This document shows positions 12,801 to 24,950 of a stretch of 64,000 nucleotides of DNA, in pieces (the stretch's first letter is position 1; the number at the start of each line of letters is the position of its first letter). A program made the position numbers and the translations under genes. The notes under the pieces are model-generated. The model made no database searches, was not told the DNA's origin, and saw nothing but the letters and a program-made list of their open reading frames with translations. Source of the DNA: Rhodosorus marinus CCMP1338 (taxonomy: Eukaryota > Plantae > Rhodophyta); contig JAMWBK010000003.1 in NCBI GenBank assembly GCA_029953675.1, forward strand, positions 124,001-188,000. The letters are read 5' to 3'.

Positions 12801-13952
12801 TTTTCAACTGCATACTTAAATTATCATGCCAAACAAAGGTCTACCCCCGGGGGTGAGAAAACGGGTTGTTGAAAGTGAGCGTATCTGCTTGGGATACAAC
12901 CCATATTTCAATTTGAGAAGAAGTAGTCGAAATACAATACCTTATTGCGGATGAAAATATCTTGCTTTTGGCAGCTTTGGAAACTTTCTTCAATATTACA
13001 ATACTGCAAAAGCATCATGGAATCAGTTTTTGACGCAAGCACACACACACGCACCCTCTCCCCATAGCGTCCCCACCGGAAAAATAGGTTCCCAACAGTG
13101 CCCCACCGAAGAGAGAATGGAATCATCAAAAATCCTAATCCTCCCCTTCTATTGGGGATTATAGACCTAAGTGTGTTGATTGGTCCATATTATTTTATAT
13201 TGTCGAACAAAATACAAATTGGTAAAATACTTTTTTGTTTAGAAAGTACACTGTTCAGGATTACGATGGAAAAAAGGCCAGGTCTAAAATTTATTTTTAT
13301 TTTATTTTTATTTTTAGATTATCATCATAAAAACACCAACCATAGTAGGCTCCCTCAACTGCGAATCATGTGCAACCAAACCCGGCTTCCTGCTTGTTTG
13401 CTATCAACTGATGAATTGTGGAATTTTGATATTAAGGCCTTCTACAAAAAAATTGTATGCTGAATATATTTATTTTATTATGTCCTGGCTAACCTAAAAT
13501 CCCTACTTTCCCAGATAACTTCATTTTGTCAAATAAACTCCATCTGGCAACCACACCTTAGGAAACTGGGCTTTTCCCCGACCGGAAAAGGGACTCTCTT
13601 CGTAATGTCCAGACTACGAAAAAATTACTCCTTTCGCGCTTTTGACTGGAGCGGGGAAAACAGCTGGTGGCGACGCGATTGTCCAAGGGTAGGGGGGGGG
13701 GTGTGTAGTACCTCTCCTAGCTTGGGGGCTTTCCGGTGCATAATCCTGGGTTGATACAGGACGATGTCAGTTATCGATTCGCATTTGGGTTATAGTCAAT
13801 AGTATATAAACGCGGTCAAGTGAGGAGGCCTGTCTATTTAGGGCTCAATAGGATGGAAGCGTGACTCCATGGGGATGTTTCTTTGAGGGTTAACCTTCTA
13901 GTTACTGGTGGTTTTCATTCGCAGGACTTTATTTGTTTATAAAGGTTTCAGA

Positions 13953-14570
13953 ATGAGTAACCGTCATCAACATCTGAGGCATGCATGCCAAGAGTGTGGA
14001 AAGTTATTCAGATACAAGTATAACGTGAGGGAGCATGCCCGAGTTCACAACAACTATCGCCCGTTCCAGTGCGGATTTGATGGATGTGAAGAGACATTTA
14101 AATGGAGGTCGTCTGGCAGATGCCACATGAAGAGGTGCCCGTACGGAAGCCACTACAATGGTGATAAAATTCCACCTTGTAAGAAGATCTATGGCTCGAG
14201 GGTCCCAACCTCCATCTTGCACTTCGCTGCCCACAGTGCGCCAGAGGTATCTGCGCAGTCAGTTCCTGATGCCATCCTGGGAGATCACGATACAGTCATT
14301 GAAGACATGATACATGGCCTGTATGCACCAGTGCAGGATCACTCCCACCATAAGGAGATGAAACCTAATATTCGATCTATGGCCCTCGGAGGAAAAGACG
14401 ATGCTGACTTCAACATAAATACTTTCGAGTATTCTGAAACGACTAACCCTTATTCTCCGGAGTACGTGGCTGTTCACCAGACAATGACTTCGGCGGCAAC
14501 TGAAGTTAAGCCATGTGCTCATCTGTATGAGGAGAGTTTCCTTGGTGACCAGATGGTTACGAGCGCGTAG
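13953..14570 (+). CDS. C2H2 zinc-finger protein (two N-terminal fingers), probable transcription factor
   Basis: HACQECGKLFRYKYNVREHARVH, then linker NNYRPF, then QCGFDGCEETFKWRSSGRCHMKRC. First ATG at 13953. Confidence 0.88.
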   Translation: MSNRHQHLRHACQECGKLFRYKYNVREHARVHNNYRPFQCGFDGCEETFKWRSSGRCHMKRCPYGSHYNGDKIPPCKKIYGSRVPTSILHFAAHSAPEVSAQSVPDAILGDHDTVIEDMIHGLYAPVQDHSHHKEMKPNIRSMALGGKDDADFNINTFEYSETTNPYSPEYVAVHQTMTSAATEVKPCAHLYEESFLGDQMVTSA

Positions 14571-16539
14571 GAAGCAATATTTGCTGTAGCGTTGCAGGGT
14601 ATCCAGAACCGGCCGTGGCAGTGTACATTGGAAGAGCGTCCCGCGAACTTAACCCCTCCCTAATTACCTTTTAAATTTCAATAAACCCTCTAAAAAGAAG
14701 TCCTTTGGAAAAATGCAAGTACACTTCTTCTAGAACGCCCGTTCCATCAGCTCCAGTACTAGGTGATGGGCCATGTGCGTATGCTAGCTTTGCATGAACC
14801 TGTGCCCCGCGGCTCAAAAGTCTAAACAAAGTAGTCTGCAGCACACTTCAGCGCGCCAAAGGCTCACGCGAGACAGGCCGCGGTCATTCCCAAAATCCAC
14901 TCTTCGAGTGGATAATATCTGTCCCCTCCGAATCTCTCCTTGCTCGTCCCTACGTTAGCCCCAACCGATTCTCAATTCGTTCCCCCCCCTACCTTACCAG
15001 CATCTCGATCTGCGAGTACAACAAATCAGTTTTTCGCATCTCCGAATCTAGCATCCTTTTTAAAAAATCAACCAGTATGTCATCACGTTACTAGTCAACA
15101 TCAGAGTCATCGATAATGAATAGCGATAGTTTTATGTCATACTCAAAGCCACATCTAGGTTTTAGTAATAATCATGTTTGATCGTCCATTGGCGTGATGA
15201 AACGCAAATAACTCTGCTTCAACCTCACCAAGGCAGGTTTTTTATTACGAAATACATAAACATGGGACCAGCTAATAAATATTCCATGCTCGCAGAACTT
15301 TCTGCTTTCTCCACCAATTTCTTTCGCGTGAGAGCAACCTCTTCCCTGGATTTCAGCCGGGCAGGGTTCAAATTTCCGAAATGTTTTCAAGTTGGCCACG
15401 TTTCAGCCCTTTTGCAGCCTGTTGTGGACGCGGAATTGGTTACTCTGGACTAAAATTTGAAAACAAAACCTCTCAATTTTCTTTTATTGATATAATCTTG
15501 GCGGTACCGTATCGCATTTGCAGACTCAGGTACTATTACAAGGACCCGTTGTGTTCCCGACCTTCTGCTTGTGAACCAGTTGCGGATCCACTACTAGCAA
15601 CGAAGCTGTTCTTTGGCTTACGCTGAATAGCAAGAGAGTTATCATCTTTTACGGCGTAATGCGATAATTGGTAGTATCATACAATCATCGCGGGAGGTCA
15701 CGCAGGTCTATATACCATTGGGGTATTCCGGCTCTTTGCAAGATAGATTTGATGAATACGTGAGAGCTCTCTCTTAGGGAGAGTTTATGGAAGAGCATGG
15801 CAGTCGCCAAGTACTCCAAAAATATGATCTATAGGGGGGTGGGGAGTAGAGCCCATTCTAGGGGTTCCTGTCTAAGAAAGCAAAAACGAATTGGCCTGAA
15901 CATCTTGAAGATTGTTATGAGTAAGAGAAAAGAATTTCTCCTTTGAAGCACTGATCCGACGTCCACGGAATTCCGAATATGTGTGATGAGATTTTTCCCA
16001 AGCGTCTATTGACTCTCGATTGTCTTCGTGTGGATTCCCTGTCCCCACGCAGTCCAGGAGATTAAGGCTTGCATTTGACCAATAGAAGCTGTTCAATACG
16101 CTGCAGAGACAAACACGGATATCTTCCCAGGACCATTGACGAAGCCCAAGATGTATTCGTGAATCTAATCTATAGCTGAAGTCGCCTGGATTACGGTTTG
16201 TAGACGATGGACGCGCGGTCATCCGGGATGACGGTAGGACGGTCAGAGCTTATCCATCAAACCGTCACTTTCCCGGCTTTAAAAGCGATCATTCCACCAA
16301 AAAAGAACTGAGAGCAGGCTGGTACGCATATGAACATCCATTCACAAGGACCCAAGAAGAATTGACTTTCAACGGCAACGAATGAAAAAGCTTAAGTTAA
16401 GCCAACGAGTTTATCCGTATTTTGCGAAATACTATTCTCCTTATTGTCAGCTCCGAGGAACGTATTTTTTGATCATGGGACAAATCTCTAAAAAATCGGA
16501 GCCAAAGTGTTTTTTTCCAAGGACATATTCCGATCCTCT

Positions 16540-17234
16540 TAATTAGTGCAGGGCAATCAGAGCTTTCCTGCTTCCCTCGGAGGGGCACAGGTCCGGGTGC
16601 GCGGAGTTTGACGAATGAAAAGTTGTCAAGTGACACCCCGAACAACGCATAGAACAACGCCAGGCCGACTGCCTTGATCGCTTATTTTTCGAATTTTTTT
16701 GAAGGAATCTGTATTCTGTTGTAGTTTCATACAATCCAATAGTTTTCTGAAAATCGATACGAAGCGGTTAAATCTTGGAAGAATTTCAGTCACTGTATCG
16801 AAGAGCAGCTTGAAATTTGATTGAATATTAGCGAAGGTTTTAAATTTCGCTGAACTTCTTGAAACCCACCCATCTGAAATTTGATTGAATATTGTCCATG
16901 GTTTTAGATTTCGTTGAACTGCTTGGAACCCATCCCATCTGACGAAAAATCAACTGTCCAACCGATGAAGATACGCTTGACACCATCTTCTCTGTGCCAA
17001 TTTTCCATCTGCCACATTGTAGCTGTTCGTCCAGTAAAGAGACCAAAATATGAGGGGAAAACGTAGGTAGCCTCGTGACCTTTTTACCACCCAGCTGGGA
17101 AGGAGACTGGAGTCAAACCCGAACTCGCAGCGGATAATGAGTTCAAGCTGCTCGTTGAGAGGCAAGTTCTGCGTAATAGCCAAGCCACATCCCAGGAAAG
17201 TACATGCAAGAAAAGCCGACGAGTTGGAGGCCAT
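16540..17234 (-). pseudogene. Possible decayed ORF with signal-peptide-like start; unidentified
   Basis: ORF 17234-16950 continues in the same frame past a single TGA for about 100 further codons (FFVRWDGFQAVQRNLKPW...). No recognised domain. Confidence 0.25.
16811..16939. repeat. Imperfect 64/65-bp tandem duplication
   Basis: tgaaatttgattgaatatt...ggtttta(a/g)atttcg(c/t)tgaact..cttg(a/g)aaccca..ccatc starts at 16811 and again at 16875. Confidence 0.85.
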
Positions 17235-19132
17235 GAGAATTTAGAGCAGTTTCCAGTTCGTGTTTGAACAGAAAGGACTAAGGATGCTATGTTCCCTAGG
17301 AATCTACTGCCGTGTCGGTGTCAATAGCATGAATTACAGCCCACCAGTGAGTGCACACTGCGCATGCTCGCGCCTGAAAGTGTCAAAGCGTCGCACCCAA
17401 CAGTCCACGGCACGCCCATCGAGGTGACACGCTCGAATCGCTTGTGCAACGCGGACGTAAGACTCTAGGGTCCGTTACCAATGAGGGTTTCCTGGCTCGT
17501 CGCAGCGGTGACAATGGTGCAGTCTCTTCACAACGTTCATAAGCAAAGCGCCGAGATTTTCGTTTCCTAAATAAATATATGAGGATTTGATTTAGTAGAG
17601 AAAGGAGGGACCAAACTAGTGTGTGAGAGGGCGGGAGAGGTGTGGGGGCATTGCAATAAAGACGGGTACTCGAAGGGGAGGCGGATCGGGGCAGGGAGGG
17701 GGCCTGTAGCTGTGCGGATCGAGAATTGGACAGCTTGTAGATAAGCGAGGATGCGGGTGATAATGATGATGGTGCGGGAGAGGAGCCTGTAACCGGGGAA
17801 TCAGTTTAGAGTCAAGAGCAGGTCAGGGAGCAAATTCTGTTTCTGCCAGTGTAATGCTCATCATTGCAGGAGCCTTTCTACGGCAGGATCAGGACCTCGT
17901 GCAGGAATCTGCATCCCGCAGTGAACTCATGGGTCCGTGAATATGCTTCTCAATCGTTTTCACGATTCTTATTTCGTTTTTCTACCACAGGAACCTTTTT
18001 CGCAGAGGACATTGTCTCCGCAAGGAATGACACGAGGAACCTAAGCGAGGCCAAAGACTTCGAGCCCCGTTCTGTGTGACCTGTTCTTGCAGGGCCTACG
18101 TGAGGAGATCGAAGTATGCTGCCCACCGCGGATGGATATTGTGCATGTTTGAACTAGGAAAGGTGTCCTCGGTCAGAAATTCTGAGACATATTCCAGCCA
18201 TCAAGCGAATTAGGCTGCTTGGTGGAACCAAGGCACGCTACTTTCGTGCCAGACTTTGTGAACTGCTCCTTGATCGGAGATGTTCGCCTGTGATGTCAGT
18301 GCCCAGCGGAAGGACGAGACGTGGAATGCTCCAACCTCTTCAATACACTGGGTATCAGACCGCCAACTAGTACTGTCTCTTCTTCTGCTTCGGCAGAAAA
18401 CGTCGTGCTGATTCATCCTGCTGGCCAAACTTCACTTGCCTACCGAACTGATATTCGCATGTGCGCCTTGGCAGTCAAACTCACTCTCCTCCGGTTGCGG
18501 TTCCACATACGATTGTCGTTCGCCCGCGGCTGAAAAAGCAATCAACCAAAGCAAGAAACGGGGAATTATCCCTGACCGAAGTGGTATCAGTTCTACAGCA
18601 GTAGACTGCTTCTCTCGTACATTAAGCTCGTTGAGCTTCAACTTCGTAGGTCTATTCTGGAGTAAAGGTTTCAAGTGACTAGCTGCTTACCAGATTCTGG
18701 ATAAACATCTTCTTCTAGATATTAAGCGTCTAACCTCCCCATCTATACTGCCAATTGTTTGGAATATCTACCGTATGTGAGCTATCCTCTCACTCTACAC
18801 GCATCATTTCCACAAGAGCCGATAGCCGCCTGCGTCTGCTCTGTCCCCTATGGTACGCGTACACAGAGCTGCACGGTAATCTTGATACCGACCTAAAAAC
18901 CATCCACTACTTGATCTGGAAGGGAATCTACGGCAATTTTGGGGGGCCACGTAAGCCAAACGCTCCACCCGAGAATGCCACCCCTTTCTTCCTTCGGAAT
19001 CAGCCCTGGCGAAATCCGCTCGATTTCTGCTTGTAAGCTGGGAACACTACGTTCCAAGCAGAAACCTGCAATTTCGCAGTCCGCCAATACGACCTTGCAC
19101 CTCTCTTGCCTAACTGTAAACAAAAAAATTCG

Positions 19133-19518
19133 CAATCTGATCCCTCCGGGACGAGGGCAAGTACCCACCCCCCCCTCCCTCCATTGACTTACTGCAATCA
19201 TTTTCTTTCAAAATTAGTACTCCATACAAAACACAGCAAGCCGACTACACCAAGCACCCTGAAAACATCAACCACATTCTTTTTTGTTTACAGTACAATT
19301 TCTAATATTTCTCTGAGGAATCGTTGCACCAATCAAGATCGGCCAAATTGTTCGAGTTTCGTCTCTGTTCACCTTTCGGCTCTAAAACGTATCTTAATAT
19401 CAATATTATTTATCAATATTGAAAATGAATATGTGAACTATTTTGTTCGCTTTTCGGATCCAGCTCAAGAATCGATGAGAGGCCACCCCCTCCACTCCCC
19501 TCCCCCGGGATCAGATTG
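19133..19518. mobile_element. Possible MITE with 12-bp terminal inverted repeat CAATCTGATCCC
   Basis: caatctgatccc (19133-19144) and gggatcagattg (19507-19518) flank an AT-rich non-coding interior. No TSD. Confidence 0.3.
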
Positions 19519-20249
19519 AGAGCATATTGTTGGAATTGTGCAAGATAATAGATTAGGTTTGGAGAGGAAGGAGGCAATGGAAAGGGGTCGCCATGACGGG
19601 CTATCCGACTCCTTTACTTGGATTGGTCATTTTTTTTCGGGCGCTTTGATTAATTTATTTGTAAAACGAAAACCTGAGGGTTTCGACTGCGTCATATGAC
19701 GAGTGCGATTATCCCTCTGAAGTTGGGGCAACAATATGGAGTCCCTGTCGGGCCATCCTGTGAAGGGGAAGTCAGGCGTTTACTGTCTTTTGGTGTGAGC
19801 CTTTTTGGGTGGGGAAGGGGGGTGAAATTACGCCAAATCTAGGGGGCCATCCTGCAGCAGAGAAGAGAAGAACAGTTTCCAAGTCTCTTCGAGGAAACGC
19901 TCCGCCGGGTTTGGTGTTTTTCTGTTATATACCCTGCAACATACTCATGGGAAGGGGGCTGGGAGGATCTCTTCGCTTGCCTGCTGTGGGATCCTTCACC
20001 TTGCATTGTCAGGCAGGCGGAGAGTTGTTCAAGAAAGACATCGCGAGTACGGATGTGTCAATGCATTGAGCACGTTTCAGGAGACAACATGTAAACGCAT
20101 TGTGAAGTGTTGGGCAGATAATTCCATTTTGGGAAGTTCAACAATAGGATCTTTGGAGATGCGAGAGACTTGATGCGTGCAACGGATTGTAGATGAGCTT
20201 GGGGGTAGAACTTACGGTTTGGGTTAGGTCGTGTTTAGGACGCTCGTGA

Positions 20250-21035
20250 GTGCCTATTCTTTTTGACGAGGCTGTGTGGGTACGAGAGGAGCTGGGTTGG
20301 GGGATGATGGGGGATTTATGGTATGAGGAGGTTTCGGGTTTGGTTGAGGGGTTTGTGCATAGTTGGAATGGGAAGTTGAGGGATGTAGGCCATGCCTGTG
20401 GAGCCGTGCAGGAGAGATGGATTCTGTTTAAGAGGTTGTATGGATTTTATATAGCGTTTTTGAAAGCTCAACTTGAGGCGAAGAAGGGGATTGTAGGGAA
20501 GTATGCAAAGAAGGAGGTGCTTCCTCAGATGCAGAAGGTGACTTGGAATCGTCTCGAGCGAACGTTGAAGAGTATGGGAGAGATTGCTAGGGTTAAGACT
20601 GCGGGAATTGTAACAACTGAGCAAGGCGCCAATGCGATTCGGGAGCTTGTTCAGGAGTATGCGGAGAGTTTGGAGAACTGCCTCGAGAACGAAAGGCATC
20701 AACTTTCCCAGGTGCTGGATGTACCTCTGACCTCGACTGGAAACAAGTCTTACATAACTGAGTTCCTAGGGAGACTCGGGACCGATAATACCCGCCTGGA
20801 GTTTATCGCGGCTCTCGAGGGCGCGGTCCCCGAAAACAAGCGCAAACGGTGGTCCAAAACCTACCTCTCAAGAGTTGAGTTGGTCAAGCTAAATATGTAC
20901 GCACGACTCAAGTACGCCACGGCTTACGAGAAGGACTATATCTCGCTAACAAATTCTGCTGCAAAGAAGGACACCGTCCTCAAACGGCACAACCAACACA
21001 CGGGATATACTGACGTCGTAAACTCGATGTACTAG
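20250..21035 (+). CDS. Helical protein, possibly a degenerate hemerythrin (HHE)-like fold
   Basis: Long open frame of 261 codons, first in-frame ATG at 20304. Helical, amphipathic composition. Motif spacing recalls algal hemerythrin-like proteins (inference). Confidence 0.65.
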   Translation: MPILFDEAVWVREELGWGMMGDLWYEEVSGLVEGFVHSWNGKLRDVGHACGAVQERWILFKRLYGFYIAFLKAQLEAKKGIVGKYAKKEVLPQMQKVTWNRLERTLKSMGEIARVKTAGIVTTEQGANAIRELVQEYAESLENCLENERHQLSQVLDVPLTSTGNKSYITEFLGRLGTDNTRLEFIAALEGAVPENKRKRWSKTYLSRVELVKLNMYARLKYATAYEKDYISLTNSAAKKDTVLKRHNQHTGYTDVVNSMY

Positions 21036-21046
21036 CTTATTTATCA

Positions 21047-21330
21047 GAAGCCGCGTTGTTCTTGTTTACGAAGGAAAGAGCGACGATGGCACTATCGGTC
21101 CTGTCCGTGGTGACTTTGTCGTTTTTCTAGGATCGAACTGTCTACGTCCTCTTTTGAACTGGAATGTTTAATGTTACCAACGTCCTTCGAAGCCGCGTTG
21201 TTCTTGTTTACGAAGGAAAGAGCGACGATGGCACTATCGGTCCTGTCCGTGGTGACTTTGTCGTTTTTCTAGGATCGAACTGTCTACGTCCTCTTTTGAA
21301 CTGGAATGTTTAATGTTACCAACGTCCTTC
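21047..21330. repeat. Exact 142-bp tandem duplication
   Basis: 21047-21188 and 21189-21330 are identical base for base (gaagccgcgttgttc...ccaacgtccttc). Confidence 0.95.
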
Positions 21331-24051
21331 CCTGGCGAAAGAGGACTGAACCAGGGTAGGGGAGCTATTTTATTGCAAAGTAAACTTACGTACTCGTTTG
21401 AATCATCCATAGCAAGCCGACCCTGCTGCAAAAAGAGTTAAAATGCTCAGCCCGTACAACCGAAAACGCTGGTGAGGTACACCTGCCAGCCCTAGCCCCA
21501 TGACCAGCAGAACGCTGTCCGAACCGACGATTCGAATCAACCCTCAACATTCGTTTCCGAGAAAAAACCCTAGGCTATCCACAGACTGTTCGCGTCGTTC
21601 TATCCTCGTCGTTCTATTCCGAGATTAGCTCGAGTCAACGACGACTCTGAGGCGGTCCAGATTTGCGGTCACCTTCTTGAGTAGCTCTCCTCGGTCACCT
21701 TTCGATTGTCCTAGCTGTTTGAGGAAAGGTGCTAATGAGAACTACGTATGAATACGCGTTAACCATCGCACGCCCGTCATCGCGCGGTTGGATTCGAGGA
21801 GCGGTTCCAAAATCAAGAGTAAGGGGCCACATAGGAGGACAACGATGGGGTAACTTCCAAGGAGGTCAGGCGTGCAAAAAAAAAGGGAGTTTTTTATTAT
21901 GTTTCCAACGCCCTGTGTGGGTTGGGTTTTGGGAAAGGCTTTGTTACAGCACCTATGACTACCCGCAACTGTTCCAGCTATATATAACGGCGGGCAGTAA
22001 ACCGAGATGTTCGGATTTCTTTTCCAAATGGTCCTCTTTCCCTATTTGCTTTTCGTTAGCTTCTAACGTTCCAATTGATAAACGAAGAAAACTAGCCATA
22101 TCGTCCGCGCCGGCCAATTCAAAATGTTCAGCTCGCCGGCAGCTGGGCTACGCAAAATGGCATTTTCTTTTCTATCAATCCATCCTGTGCACAAAATAAG
22201 AAACTGTAAAAACATCAAAACTACAAAATAAAGTAGGACGCGTAAAGAAACATTGGAGTGCCCAAGACTTGAGCTTTCTATATTTCCCGGACATTGCCGG
22301 AATCGTCCTTGGAGACATCCAAAGACACGACTTTGTTTAGGAGCAATTTCGGTTCTGGTCCCACACTCTTAATCAATCTGAACCGTTCCTCCTCTATAGC
22401 ATTTCGCGCTTCGTGAGCTATATCCATTGGCGGGTTGAAGGCCAATTTGTTGCCCATTCTTCTCAACCCCTCCTTCTTCTGTTTTCTCCAACGACCGACG
22501 CGAAGCTTCTTACGTCTGAACGAAGAGATTCGTTCCCTTCTTCCAGTTAAGCGTTGAATTCGCAACATTACAGCTACGATCTTTCCAACCGACTCTAAAC
22601 ACCCACTCCAATAAGAAAAACTTCACTTCCAAACCCGATTTTATTAAAAAAAAGCTGGCTAGAGTCCAGCCAAAACCAGAAACTGCTTTCCTTCGACTTG
22701 GGAGTCCATTGCTTCCGAACACAACTTTCACATTCTCGGGGGATCCTCCAATACAATCAACACCCCATAGGATTCAAGGAATAGTCATATCACCGGCTCG
22801 CACAAGAAATCGTCTCGCGTCAAACCCACAGGAAAGGAGCGAAACCTCGCATACCTCCCTCCCCTTAATACCACTCAGATAAACACCCCCTTCCCCCCCC
22901 ACCCCCCACCCCGCCACATCGAACTTGCTCTTTCTTCAACACTGCATGACATTGCCTGCACCAAAGGCTAACCAGCATCCAGAAGTCCCCTCTTGTACGC
23001 ATCAAGAACTTGGAAGCGCACCTTCTCCCTCGCCAAAAGAAAGCTCGAAGCGCCTCAAAAACCACCCAAACGTCAGATCGTTTAATAAATATACACAAAT
23101 CAATAGTATACGGCTAAGGAAACTAGCCTACACGAGCGGGTAATGGGATATTGATTTTGTTCGAGATTAATGGCATGCTCCTTAAGGGGGGTATGCATCT
23201 GTTCAATCAATTATTTTTCTTCCATTTTTTAATTTTAAAGTTTTTGGTCCAGGGGGGAATGCCGATGGCAGCGGAGATATTGTGGGTGAGAGGACTTTTC
23301 CTTCAGACGTTCTTCTCCGTTGTTTGGGATTTGAAGCGGTGCTTGAAGTTGAAGTAAACACCGAGGGGGTTGGGACTGTAGATGTTGCTCCCAACCTAGA
23401 GTAGACCTGTTTTCACTTTTTTTTACAAAGCTATTGTGATTGACAATGATGGAACAAGAAAGGGGTATGAAAGGGCACAGCATTACAGAAGGCGACTATT
23501 GGGCAGATCGATGGATATTTGAAGCCAAGGAAGATTTTTTCATGAACTCGTGAGCTGAAGCGGTACAGGGGGTATGAGGAGCGAGAAAATGACAACCCGA
23601 TTTGTTTTGGGGTACAATAAGAAAGACGTCACTTCCATTTGATTTTGCAAAACACAAATTTTATAGAGGAGAAGCCGTACTGCTGGGTTTGGAAGGGGGG
23701 GTTCTCGCTGCCCACATCGAACAATGCAGGATAAGTCTTTGTAAATGCTTACCCCTCCGCTTCCTCCCAGAATGAGCGTCTTCGAAACAAAGGCAGAGCC
23801 GAAAGCTTCAGAAAAAGCGGTTTATAAATTAACGAAAAATAGTTTGTCCGATCATTTTCCTTTTCAGTGGCTCTACACGCTAGAAAGACCTCGACGATTG
23901 GTCCTCTGAAAACCACCACTTCTTTCAACACTTTGGCCATGAAATATTTTCTGCTCATTCATTACGCCCACTGATTGGATTATTCCGCTCTGAAATATCG
24001 CATATAGCGAAAGATTCTGTAAATTTCACACAGCGTTTCGCGTCTAGCGCT

Positions 24052-24950
24052 TTATGAAGGATAAAATATATAAAATATTTCATCCTTCATACTCCTCCCG
24101 TCGATCTCGGCTATCCTTTGCTTATACATTTTACGGAAATTTTCCGCCTTTTGCGAAGAGTCGTCTTTTTTCAACCCTTCAAGAAATTTGAAGGAAGAAT
24201 TGTGACGGTTTGTATATCCACTTTGTCGCTTCCAAGTTTCTCCAATCAAAACGTATATCTCAAATAATAGTTTAAAACAACAAGCTCCTAACAAGATCAA
24301 TGCAGTTGAAACCCGACCAAAGAAAACTCATCGGTTTCTCATTGGGAGAAGCATCATCCTGAAAACAGATCTATGCTTCATTGGCTGGTGATAGATGAAT
24401 ATAATATTTTTCTTCAAAATCCTTTTTGATGGAAAAGCAGGACCTCAAATATCCCAATCAAATGATAACGACAATGTGAATAAAAGAAATATCTTTCCAA
24501 ACGGCACCCCCAAATATTTGAGCTTTGATTTTGAGCAATATGCCTTTCGCGTATTCTCATATTTCAATGACGATCTCAGTAGAGGGCACTGGCTTATGCC
24601 TCCCCCCCCATAGTCCGAGCTCGTTGATTCGGAGGAATTCACCATCTCTATGAAAACACTTCGAGCCGAGGGGTAGAAGGTGGTCCGCCTGTCCATGCTG
24701 GAATGGCAAAACGTTGTCGTCGAGGCGGGTCTTCTCACCGATTCGGTTCCACAAAGGATCCCTCTGACGCTAGGGTTTTCTGATGACCAGCCTGGTTTTG
24801 GTCAAATCTTTTGTTCTTCTCCGATTGCCCGTCTGCTCAGAATGCCAAGGAGTATAGCCTGTGCCCTCCTGAGGCTCCATTTAGTGCCATGGCATCTGGC
24901 GAGCTCTTGGAGCTTTGTGCTTTGAGAGAGAGAGTCTGGTCTTTCTGCTT
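24052..24950 (-). pseudogene. Probable decayed IS630/Tc1-mariner-type transposase
   Basis: One stop-interrupted frame carries FLRINELG (DE motif with D>N, 24628-24620), QIFGGAVW and ICFQDDASPN (24364-24353) at Tc1-like spacing. A frameshifted IGETWKRQ and a plausible C-terminal helix follow. Termini not found. Confidence 0.4.

Noticed and set aside
17864-18680. Stop-interrupted plus-strand frame suggesting a decayed gene or transposase
   Set aside because: No diagnostic motif was found, so I made no call.
24490-24525. KYLGVPFG in ORF 24445-24738, resembling LINE RT motif 7
   Set aside because: No upstream QG or YADD motifs and no downstream thumb region. The overlapping frame fits three Tc1-like motifs better.
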